DNA from: Convolutriloba macropyga
Taxonomy: Eukaryota
DNA: 64,000 bases
Assembly (NCBI RefSeq): GCF_964194025.1
Contig: NC_134482.1
Location: 34,844,001 to 34,908,000, forward strand
Direction: 5' to 3'
The number at the start of each line of letters is the position of its first letter. Within the stretch, counting starts at the first letter, position 1. The translations under genes were made by a program, and so were the position numbers. Below the pieces are notes generated by a model. The model was not told the DNA's origin and made no database searches. It saw only the letters and a list, made by a program, of their open reading frames with translations. Positions 27,507 through 37,949 of this stretch are shown in pieces.

Positions 27507-29218
27507 ATGCTGGAGGTTGATGACATTTTGCCATCACCCCTCACTCCACTAGTATTGGCACCCACAGTACCCCAACCAATTTGCGAAATGCAAACACCAG
27601 CCTTCTTCACGATGGCGCAACCTTCCGCCACAGTCACATTCTGTGGACACAGCAAATTATGCGCGGGTGAACCCACTGCCTTCACCCGCTACTTCTTCCT
27701 CGAGTTCAGGTGAACTTCACCTGTACATCGATAGCGACACGAAATCGCCTACACTCCCTGCAGGAATGCAAAGCTCGTCACAAGAGCTTCAAGGATCTAG
27801 TCAGGTGCCACAGCCACCTCCACTAATCTCAACTGCGCGCACAGCAGTCTCCACAACACAACCACCGATTCAACCCACGCACATTCCATCTTGGGCTGAT
27901 GAAGTGGCAACAGCGGAACAATCTGGTCACTCTACACCAGAGACGGTTGTTCCCAATTTGCATACTCTGACAGGATCCATGGAGCACGACCACGATCACA
28001 GCCACTGATGCCCACACTGCAGTTCCACCGCCAGTGATGCCCACACCGCATACACAACGCCCCCTGGTACCCTCACCGCGGTACGGCCCCACCATACCAC
28101 CTCTCAGGCCACAACTGCCTTTCCCTCAGCCACCCCCTTCTATCGACCAACGTCAACCGGCAACTACCCGTGTACTGATCCCTCACCTAAGAGGCGCCCA
28201 AGGGCAACAACACACGAAATATATCCCGTTCGCTCCCCACCAACTTTCAGATTTCACTAGTTTACAAACCCAGTGCCACATGTGCCAGAGAGAATCAGTT
28301 ATACTTCCACCCCGCCTCGGCACACGCTGAAGCCAACAGCCAGTACCTGTCCCCTTGGACAATTGGAGAACAAATATGTCCAAGAAGAACGGGACAAGGT
28401 TTTGACACTTGAATGCTTGCACTTTCCTCTAAATCCTCGCTTCACGGAACGATTTTGGAATCTGTCTAAGTGCTTCTTTGCACTCGCCCAAACGATTACC
28501 TTAATACTTTTTTTTACTCGTGACACTGCACCCTACAAAATTTATGCTAAATACGACCCCTTCTATTTACAATTCGGTTTTTTTCATCCCACACAGAAAA
28601 AACACTACTCACAGAGTAAATCGGGTGAAAATGCTTCACGCGATGCACAACTACTTATTTGTGCAGCATCACTTTCAGCACACTAACCCGATCATCCACA
28701 TGAATTCGCGTCTTTAGTATGCTAACACAAAGCTGACTTCACCAAATTATATGAATTAGAGCTACATCATTCAACCCAATTATTGTGAAGGCACCCTTCG
28801 TAATTTTGATCCTATCAAAGGTTACTTCATCTTTTCTCCACTCTATGCCAAGACTAATTGCCCCATCTTTGTCCCAATAAAATATCTACAAGCTGTAGAA
28901 GGAGGCGCCACAAAATGCGCTTATGGCCACACTTTCAAACTCCTCTACAGGGACTGGATGGCCGATAAGCTCGGCAATCGACAGCCTTCACAAGAAGAAA
29001 CGCAGATCTTCAATCACCTTCTTGCGTTACAACCACATTGTAACGCTAATCTGTACCCCCGTGCCCTTGCTGCTTGTCTGGCGCATGTTTCGGAATTCCT
29101 CGCCTGCTACCGTGAGCCAGACAATCGAGCTCCGGACTTCGAGTTCGAATACCGAACACAGGCCTCAGACCTACAACACCAACTTGGGCTCACAGACCCA
29201 CAAAACGAGACTCACTGA
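27507..29218 (+). pseudogene. Accessory ORF D downstream of env (~570 codons once frameshifts are bridged), unknown function
   Basis: Overlapping sense ORFs 27507-27713, 27643-28008, 28034-28330, 28273-28686, 28520-28717 and an open frame 28760-29218. Pro/Thr-rich N-half, CHMC, globular-looking C-half. Confidence 0.6.
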
Positions 29219-29884
29219 TGTGAAAAAAACTCACCTAAAACTATTTTTCTTTTCCTCTTCTTTCTTTCCCTTTCTTGTTATCTTAAATTTCTCCTTTCTA
29301 CAAAATATATATCTCTCTATATTCTTCTATTTTTCCACAAGACTGAAGATTAGGATCAGTTCTTTTCTTATTCCTCCCGGTCGGGACTTACAAAAGAAGG
29401 TATTAAAATTCACTAATAGGTTTAATAGAAAAAGTAGCTCACACAGTAGCTAAATGATGAATTTCCACCAGAAGGTAAGCTGGTAAATCCGACTGCTTCA
29501 AACTTTGTACCAGGTTGAGATAAACAGAAATCTCCTCGTGCGAACCAGACAGAGACTACGGTCTGAAAGCGATCCTCCAACTGGGAATAAATCCACACTA
29601 CAGGACAGTGAGAGCAGTTGGGCATACTCTCGTTACCGACGTTACTGGCCAGCACACCCTGTAGCTGGCACCATTACTGGTTCCACAAGACGAACTTCTT
29701 CACTGACGACACTAGTCACTACTTCACTGACAGGGACTCCAGACGACGACACAAGTCACAACCCACTTCACAGAGGATACAACTCACCACTCACTTCACC
29801 CTACCTGTCAACAAGGATGACACATTCATCGTATTTCTGCCACACTTCACAGATTCGGATTTGAAACTTTCAACCCCGGATGGA

Positions 29885-30188
29885 CGTAGCAGTGGAAATA
29901 CTGAATTTACACCTTCAACCAATCAGAGACTGAGAAGACACTATTCTCTTTTATACAGAGAGAACTGAACTAACTATAGTCAGTCTTTTAGTTAGATACA
30001 CCATGTGTATACAATTGACTCCGGTGCTATACTTCTTAACCACCGTAATAAGAGAAATTTACTCACAGTCTTTTACAGAGTCGGTTAGTCTCAGAGATAA
30101 AGGTAAGTCTACTTCGCGCGCTCAAATAAGTAGCCCTCGCTCTTTATACTTTAAGGCTGTAAAAAGAACCAACACCGGGTCTGCCTTA
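29885..30188 (+). repeat. 3' LTR (CG...TA, mutated termini, 304 bp)
   Basis: cgtagcagtgg...gggtctgcctta matches the 5' LTR over its full length. Confidence 0.93.
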
Positions 30189-30435
30189 CTTGTGTAAGTT
30201 ACACATCTGCATAAATGATTCATTTGTTCTCCTGGGCGCTCTATTCTAATAAGAAGGTTGGTTTAAGGAGAACTAATTTGTGTTTAAAAGATTGATAATA
30301 TTTAAGATATTGTTGAGCAATTTTTGGGTTTTTGGTTCTCTGTAGAGCAATAGAGAAGATCGTTTTGTTCTATAATTTGAAGTTCTATCAATCAAAGAGG
30401 CTATGGTAATGTACCAAGGTTGAGGTGCCATCCGG

Positions 30436-30700
30436 AAGTGACCTCTGATCAGACGAAGTCCAACGCACACGGTGTGTTCCCAGACCAAAATTACAGGGTC
30501 TGGGATTTGGTTCGAGCGCACCATAGTATGATCAGAGGTCAATTAGGTCTGTGGATGGTATGATCAGTGGTCAATTCGGTCTGTGGATGGTATGATCAGA
30601 GGTCACTTTGGTCTGGGGATGGTATGATCAGAGGTCACTTCAAGATGGGAATGGTGTGATCAGAGGCAGATTCCACCGCACATTAGTGTGATCAGAGACC
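30436..30700. repeat. Minisatellite of ~32-bp units (gatggtatgatcagaggtca...ggtctgtg), about 5 copies, with an inverted unit upstream
   Basis: tgatcaga core repeated at ~32-bp spacing over 30522-30670; inverted tgacctctgatca at ~30439. Confidence 0.8.
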
Positions 30701-30965
30701 TTTTCGAACGGATTTTTTTTATATTTTTTTTAACGAAAAATCAAAAATAAAAAAAAAAACAAAAAGCAGCATTCTGATCACAGACACATCTAGAATCTGA
30801 TGTCTTTGATCAGAATCAAAGTGGTCCAGCTGACAGAACATGCCAGTCCCCTTACAAGAAAACTGAGTTTAACTGTAGAATACGACGGTTTATATGGAAA
30901 GCTGTCTAAATTCATCCTTTGAGTTCGAAATATGCAATAATGTATACTAAATAAATTTTTTCTCG

Positions 30966-33257
30966 GTAGTAGTAGTAGTAAAAGAATTAATTCCTTTTAA
31001 GATAAGGTTTAAGAAAACACACATGTATGACTTATGCACGACAAAATGTACAATAACACTTGACAAAATGTGAACACGAACAGTTCATATCATAGTAATT
31101 TGATGTTCTGGATTTCAGGTAATTGATGAGGGAACTTTTCAGAGTTTTTAATGGCATTTCGAATGAAGTGATTTTTAACTGGTTGAGCTCGTGTAAAGCT
31201 CTAGTTGCTCGGATGAAAATGTTGTCTTCTGAAGAGACCTTGCGTGCTGTAGGGACGCAAAACAGTCCATTCGAGTAAGATCGTGTTGTCAAAGATGTAA
31301 AATGAAAGTTACACTGTACGTCAACGGTCCCGTTGTAAATCTTCCAAAGGAATACAATGTCATCTCTGATTAAGCTGTAACACACAGGAAGTAACTGAAG
31401 GGATTCTAAGCCTGAAACATATGATGAGCAGCGTATTATCCAACGAAGGACATTATACTGAAAACGTTCAAGTTGGTGTAGCATAGTTAAAGATGGACAC
31501 CAAACAGGAGCACCGTATAATAAAAAAGGCAGGATAAGGGATCTATAAAGCAAAAGTTTCCTGTGACTCGACACTGAAAAGGGGATATTACGCTTCAGGA
31601 AGTTAAAAATTTTGTTGCATTTTGGAAGCTTTGAATCTAAGTGAGCTTTCCAGGATAGCGTACTAGACACAATAAAACCCAAATCTTCAATTTGGTTTTT
31701 GAAAGGTAAGTAGTTCGACCCTAGAAAAAATTTAGCCGAATCATGCCCACCAAAATTAAATTACACCAATTAAATAAGGAATTGATGTCCTCCTGCACAA
31801 GGAAGAACGATGAGGTGCTGAAAATTTTCAGGTCATCAGCAAAAAGATAACAAACAACTGTTTGCCACATCATCAGCAATGTCATTAACGAAAATAATGA
31901 ATAACAAAGGATCAAGCACGCCGCTCTGAGGAACTCTTGAATTAACAGGTAAACGAGAAGAAAGACTTTGGTTAATTTTTACACACTGAGAACGGTTCGT
32001 TAGATAAGCGTTAAAAAAGTTGAGAAAAGCTGAGTCGAAACAAAAATTCACAAGCTTTGACAAAAGTATTTGATGGGACACAGAGTCAAAAGGTTTTCTT
32101 ACGTCAAAATAGATAAAACTGGCAGGAGAATTGGTATCACGAGCGTTCATTTTTTATTTGAGGGTTAACCAGAATCGGTTCTGAACTAATTGTTCTCCGT
32201 AATACGTTGGTTGCAGCTTTTCAGTTTAAGCGGACTACTATCGAGTAAAGCTTACTGGGACAGTTCGAAAGCGTGATTGTGACGTGACATTAAAATTGTT
32301 TGATATCAACTAAATTTTAAATTTTCAAATCGACCTCTGAAGTTTAAGTGTTCAGTTTGCTGTATAAGTGTTCAGTATAAACAGAATCAAGATACATTAT
32401 CATCTGACTTATTGTACTACGTGACTTCATAAATCCATGTTGTTCACGTTTGATTTGATGCCTTATCCTTGGGTAGATAAAATTGAACAATAATCTTTCA
32501 AGTAACAAGGAAAGTTTAGGGAGGATGCTAATGGGACGGTAGTTAGAAATATCATGATGAGGACCAGATTTATGTAAGGGAGTAACGTGTGCTATTTTCC
32601 AAAGATCAGGTTATTATTGGGTTTTGACAATCCAGAAGAAAAGGTCAAAAACTGGTGCACACAGAATCTTTGCACATTGGTGAAGGAGGAATGAGGGTAA
32701 CTCATCGGCACCAGCGGCACTAGAATCATCACACAACTCAAAGAGGAGGAGAGCATCAGATAGAGGGAAATCAAGGTTCATCAATTTGATGCAAGGTTCT
32801 TTCAATTGATCAGGAACAGTATGAGAACTCTTGTCTTGAAAAACCGAAGCAAAGAATTTGTTGAATCCCAAGGTTTTCTCTGAATCGGTGACAAAGGATT
32901 CATTTCCATGAAACATAACAGGAGGAAATGACGAGTTGAAACCAAAATTTCACAGCAGCTTGTAACATTGTCGTGTTGAAGAGAGATCAAACTGATTGAT
33001 GAATAATTCTTTATCTAATTCTATAGAATCTGAAATCGATAAGTTGAGTTCTCTCAGTTTTAAGGCGAGTAAAAAAGAAGGATCACTTCCTAATTGCTTA
33101 AAAGTGGTTTCTCTTTGATTAATGAGATGAATATTATGTGATGAATAAAACAATGGAGACTTAAGACGGACAGCGCGTTTCAATTTAATTGCATTAGGGA
33201 AAGCGTCAGAAATTACGCTGTACCAGTGTCTGGCGCAGAGGTTTTCGGTCTTTTTTG
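30966..33257 (-). mobile_element. 5'-truncated, decayed CR1/L2-group LINE (RT and C-terminus) with (TAC)n tail
   Basis: Minus-strand fragments YFDVRKPFDSV, VPQSGVLDPLLFIIFVND, LFADDLKIF and C-terminal CSHFVKCYCTFC; (GTA)5 at 30966-30980. A ~230-bp insertion sits at ~32148-32376. Confidence 0.88.
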
Positions 33258-33793
33258 TACACACTAAATAAATCTTAGGTAAATTTACTTTAACGGAGTT
33301 AAGGTTAACCGTTTACCTTAACTGTACTTTGACTTTAGTCAAGGTAAAAATATTCCTGAACTTTGTAAAGGTAAAATTACTTTAAATTACTTCAACTTTT
33401 TATAACGTTCTGCAAAAAAATTAGCAAAAAAATATTCTTCTTGGAGTCGTAGAAATAGATGAATTAGACTCAAAAAATTTGATCCATTAACCCGAACTTT
33501 CGTAAAGGCTCATTTTTGTCTGCCTTCACATCCCTTGAAACGTCGTTATATAGCAGAACAGCACTTCTACTGAAGTATTCTGTGTTTAAAAATTGTGTCC
33601 CACATTTTCTGAACTGAAAGCAATTTTTCTCTCAAACCTAAACAGAAAATTTCATATCAACTTTACCATCGATAGCGTATTTGAAAAAATCGTTCCGAAA
33701 AAAATTACCTTTTTAATGGATCATTCTTTAAGGTAACTAAAGTAAATTGAGGTAATGCAAAAACAACTGAACGTTTAACGTAATTTAAGGTGT
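33258..33793. mobile_element. Second copy of the TTAAGGTAA-unit MITE family
   Basis: Begins tacacactaaataaa as at 3627; degenerate taaggtaa/ttaccttaa units at both ends. Confidence 0.55.
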
Positions 33794-35560
33794 TTAATTG
33801 ATAGCGGTTAGGTTGACAAGAGTTGGACTAAGAAACGGAGCCTGGTAAAGCAGTAAATTTCCTAAAGTGGACAGAATGGCTTCCAATTGTCTCTGAAACA
33901 TGCATTGATAGAAGACTTTTAAATGAAATGAGGGACAAAACCGAGCGTTGTGTGTTTGCTGACGCATCTGAAGACACGATAAGCGCAGCGGTCTATTTAC
34001 ATTCACAACGTAAAGAATACTCAGCTGAGCTAGTATTTGTTATTGGAAAATAGAGAGTGGCTGCAGTGAGACATCTTTCAACTCCGCGTTAAGAACTACA
34101 AGTAGAAAACATGGCAGTGAGGTTGACAGAACAGATAGCCATGATTCACAAAGTGAAGATACACATTCTTAGCTTTTGGTCAAACACAACTACTGTTTTG
34201 CAGTGGATACAAAGCTTCCCTTGTAAGCAACAAATGTTTTTGGCCAATTGAGTGTCTGAGATATTGGAAACAACGGAGATTGCACATTGGCAACATATTA
34301 GAGGTATAGACCCAGCGGACATTTTCACGAGAGCAACCAATTTTGACAATTCCGTGAGAAAGGAGTAGCTCATTGCGCCGGCCTGATTGAAGTGACCTGA
34401 AATTGAATGGTCAGAGCTAGTGAACCTATTTTTTTTCCTCGGATAAATAGATTATGTCCTCATCAGTCTTCAAGACACAAATTGGAGAAATGAAAGCTGT
34501 TATTCACTGGAAAATTTTCGGTAACTTTAAAAGGCTAGTGAATACAATCGCATACGCTGAGCAAGCATCCAGCAAGCATTGAGCAAATCAAAAACAACAC
34601 CACTTTTAGTCAGAATTAATGAAAGAGAAAAAGTAAAAGCAATAAATTTCTAGCTACTACAATGAGAAAAATTTGGCGAAAGAGTGAAATCTCTCAAAGC
34701 CGGAAGAAAATTCAATTCTTCAAAATCTTACATTTCCAAACTTTCATGATGAATAAGGACTTGTTCGTGCCAATGGCAGAATAAGCAAAACTGAGTTGGA
34801 TCTCAATGCAATACATCCAAGGTTGCTACATTGGAAACATCATATAGCCTTGCGAAAGAGGCGCAATAACAGCCAACACGAAGAACTGAGCAAATACGAA
34901 ACATAAATCAGCAAGTAATGCGGAACCTAGGCATACAAGACGCTCTATGATCAAACAAGAGCAAGTTTGTTACCTGCAAAAAGAGTAGAGCACAAACAAT
35001 AAAACAATTGATTGCCGATCTAACCTGGGAGCGGTTAGATGCTCGAACTGTCTCTACAAACGTTGGAGTTCACTATTTTGGCCCTTGCACCCTGAAGATT
35101 GGACAAAAAGAACGTAAAAACGGTAATATTTCCTGTTCACGTAGCTAATTTTTAGAGCAGTGTATATAGAACAAAGGTGCCCGAGTTGGGCATTGATAAT
35201 TGTCTGAAGACGTCAATGCAATTTTTTACACGAAAAGGCAAACCAAATACATTCATCAGCAACTATGGGACTATTTTGAAGCCGACCAAGAGTTTGCCGA
35301 GTACAATCCGTCATGGAACAACACAGGGATCATAGTACATCTAATTCGGAGAATGGAGGAATCCTATGGAAGTTCAACCCACCCGTATTTCCAAATTTTG
35401 AAGGAGTATAGAAACGGTTAGCCAGATGTTGCAAGAAAGCATTTTATGCAGTGTTGGGGAACATACAAGTCACCGAAGATGTTCTTTCCACTACATTGTG
35501 TATTTTTGAGCAGACATTAGGGCAAGACCGTTCCCAATGGAATAAGAGATACCCAATTTT
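33794..35560 (+). mobile_element. Highly decayed BEL/Pao LTR-retrotransposon pol fragment (RNase H to integrase)
   Basis: Plus-strand translation gives LCVFADASED...AAVY (~33948), TPR*ELQ, WQHIRGIDPADIFTR (~34287) and NVGVHYFGP (~35059), which are characteristic BEL/Pao motifs. Confidence 0.8.
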
Positions 35561-36439
35561 TTATGCCAGTTTCAGTGAATTTTGCTACCTTCAAAACAAT
35601 TCCGAGAGTGTTGTGCACTGTACAGTGTATACGAAACTCCGAACTCAGTGTTTTTAGAGAACAGTTATATCAGACATAGTTACCTATACCCAATCAAAAG
35701 TTCAAAATTGACATGTACAGCAGAATAACTTTGTTCAAAGATATCAAAACCAATGTGTTGCTAACAGACGAAACTCGTTAATTTTGTCTTATTAAAGTAA
35801 CATACAGTATGTATTGAAGCTAAGTTCTTGAGCCGAAAATTACAAATTATTTTGGTCTCGTTTTTGTATATCTTCTGAATGATTATACAGTTTATCTAAC
35901 TTTTTCTTGTGAGAAGAAAATAAACATTGATTTTCTCAAATTTTCTCTCTGAGGAACAAGTACATAAATAGAGATACTTTCTGCGAAGCATAAATTCTGT
36001 TTTTTTTCTACTGGCTTTAATGAAGCCTAGTCTCGTTTCATATTGGTGTTATTGAAGCGGATTGAGAACTTGAATTGCTTTATACAGGCAACGAAACAGT
36101 ATGGCAGTCAGACTTTCTGGATCTTGAAGCATTTTACCTTTGTTGAAAAAACAGTGGAAAAATTGCATAGAGATGTCAATTATAGTGCTACAATTTCGAG
36201 GACAGGGAATTTCTAAATTTCATTAACTTGAGTTATTAACACAAACTGAACAAAGTTTTGTTTGCTTTGACTTTGAATTTTTTTATTCTGAGCAAAACAA
36301 ATTTATTGAACACTAAATCTGAAGGATTATTGGGACTCATTGAGTACCAATTATTGCAACGGTAATCTACAGTTTTGAGGATAAAACAGTTCACAAAAGT
36401 TTACCGCAAGAACGTAATATCAGGACAGATTTGAGATCG

Positions 36440-37041
36440 CTAAAACGAACAGAGGTGTGAGGTTCTCCTTGTCTTTGATAGGAGTGTTCAACGAAAAGCA
36501 ATGGCCTGGATATTCAAGACCAGCAACAGCGTCCTCTCATACAAGGAAAAATTTCAGAAAATCAACATCTTGCCACTGTCTCTATATCAAGAACTTCATG
36601 TCGTGTTATTATTTGCAAAAATGTTATCGGGAAAAGTTGATATAGACTGGCAAAGCCATGTCACTCTCGCTGAGGTGGGAACCCGGAGAGCCCAAGTCAC
36701 TAGAAATTTTATCTGTAAGCAAATGCGGTTGCAGAAGAGTGAGTCAGATTTTTGGTACCGAGCCTGTCACCTTGCAAATCTGTTCAATGATTATTTCAAA
36801 TATGATATCCTCCTTGATCGAGAGCACAAGAGCAAACTCCTGGAACTCTACAATCGGTTCTTCATATCCCGCTACAACGAATCAGACCCTACAACGAATC
36901 AGGCTGCAATAGCTGTAGAGACTTGAATAGACTCATCTTTACGTAAATAACAATAAATTTTGAACAACTCAATAACCGGGTTTTATGCGAACCCGTGGAT
37001 TACTTTATCCTAAATCCTTTGTCATTATTATTATTATTATT
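36440..37041 (+). mobile_element. LINE 3'-end fragment with (TTA)n tail
   Basis: ORF 36501-36926 (SYKEKFQKINILPLSLYQELH) is homologous to the C-terminus of 37950-40823 (EYKDRLLQLKLLPLSLYVEMH); (TTA)n at 37024-37041. Confidence 0.85.
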
Positions 37042-37079
37042 GAGAGCCAAATCACAAAACGTGCAAGCCAATTTACCGA

Positions 37080-37900
37080 AAGATCCATTTTGTGGAAAAC
37101 GCATCAAAATCCCAGAAGCAAGTTCTCGTGCTGGCTTTTGAAAAGGGGTAATCTAACTGCCTGAAAACTCTTCCCCTAGCGTGATATCTTTTTGATCTTC
37201 CCAAAATAGAATTTATAGATGGACTTTGTCTATGACATGTTTCGAACCAAAAAGGATGACCCCAGTAAATGCGCACATGGTATAAAAGTCTCATTCGCTC
37301 GTGATCTGCACTGTGCTAAAGGTCGGTACACCCATTATCCCCACGACCACGGAGACACTTGTCATTCGCCTGGACGTATTTTGCCATGACTTTCGAATCG
37401 AGGCTTCGAAGGTGAAACCTTCCAGAGAAATGCTACTACGGCCGATGATTAACACTAGCGTGGATATCATAGTCAAACGACTCTGGGAAAATAGCCAAAT
37501 GACTCTGAGAACTTCAGAACAGTCTTCGATGTTAAGATCTTCAATTTTCGCGAAATCCTGCCCCAAGAATTTGCCTGTTACAAAAATCAAATTGTTCAAT
37601 AAACAGTACGAACAACGCATAATAGACGTCGATCACAGCACTTTCGATCAACTAATCTTAGTCTGCACTGGCAGCGCAGGGGCTGTAGCAACAAAAGCTC
37701 TAAACTAATCGACACTGAGATCAGCGAAAAGCCCATGGAGCCGCACATTAACGGTGTATACCTCATGGGGACCAAATTAGCTTTGCTCTCCTTCGAAGCT
37801 ATTTTTGCTGCGACGAAACAAAAGTACCGAAAATTTATCCACGACCATTCGTCATGAGGGACGGCTCCTGACGAATTTCCCTGCCTACGCTTGAGCATAG
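37080..37900 (+). mobile_element. Decayed fragment of an RLE-type (CRE-like) non-LTR retrotransposon C-terminus
   Basis: LHCAKGRYTHYPHD (zinc-knuckle remnant, ~37306) and QYEQRIIDVDHSTFDQLILVCTGSAG resemble the CRE-clade restriction-like endonuclease consensus (Y.ER+..VEH.TF.PL+F..TGG.G). Confidence 0.6.
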
Positions 37901-37949
37901 AAATAGGAACCCCTGACAAGTTATATCATTTTTCGGATCTCCTCCGTTT

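Larger units (their letters stand above)
10521..30188 (+). mobile_element. Giant decayed Ty3/Gypsy-type LTR retroelement with env and accessory ORFs
   Basis: Two ~300-bp LTRs; flanks CTAG (10517-10520) / CTTG (30189-30192) as a 4-bp TSD with one mismatch; PBS; domain order PR-RT-RH-IN (Gypsy order); downstream glycoprotein. Many stops and frameshifts. Confidence 0.93.

Noticed and set aside
27383-28526. Antisense ORFs within the giant element
   Set aside because: Short and Gly/Val-rich, as expected from the reverse strand of C/A-rich sense coding sequence.
30522-30670. ~32-bp periodic repeats as a CRISPR array
   Set aside because: The units are contiguous with no unique spacers, there are no cas genes, and the context is eukaryotic; it is a minisatellite/MITE interior.
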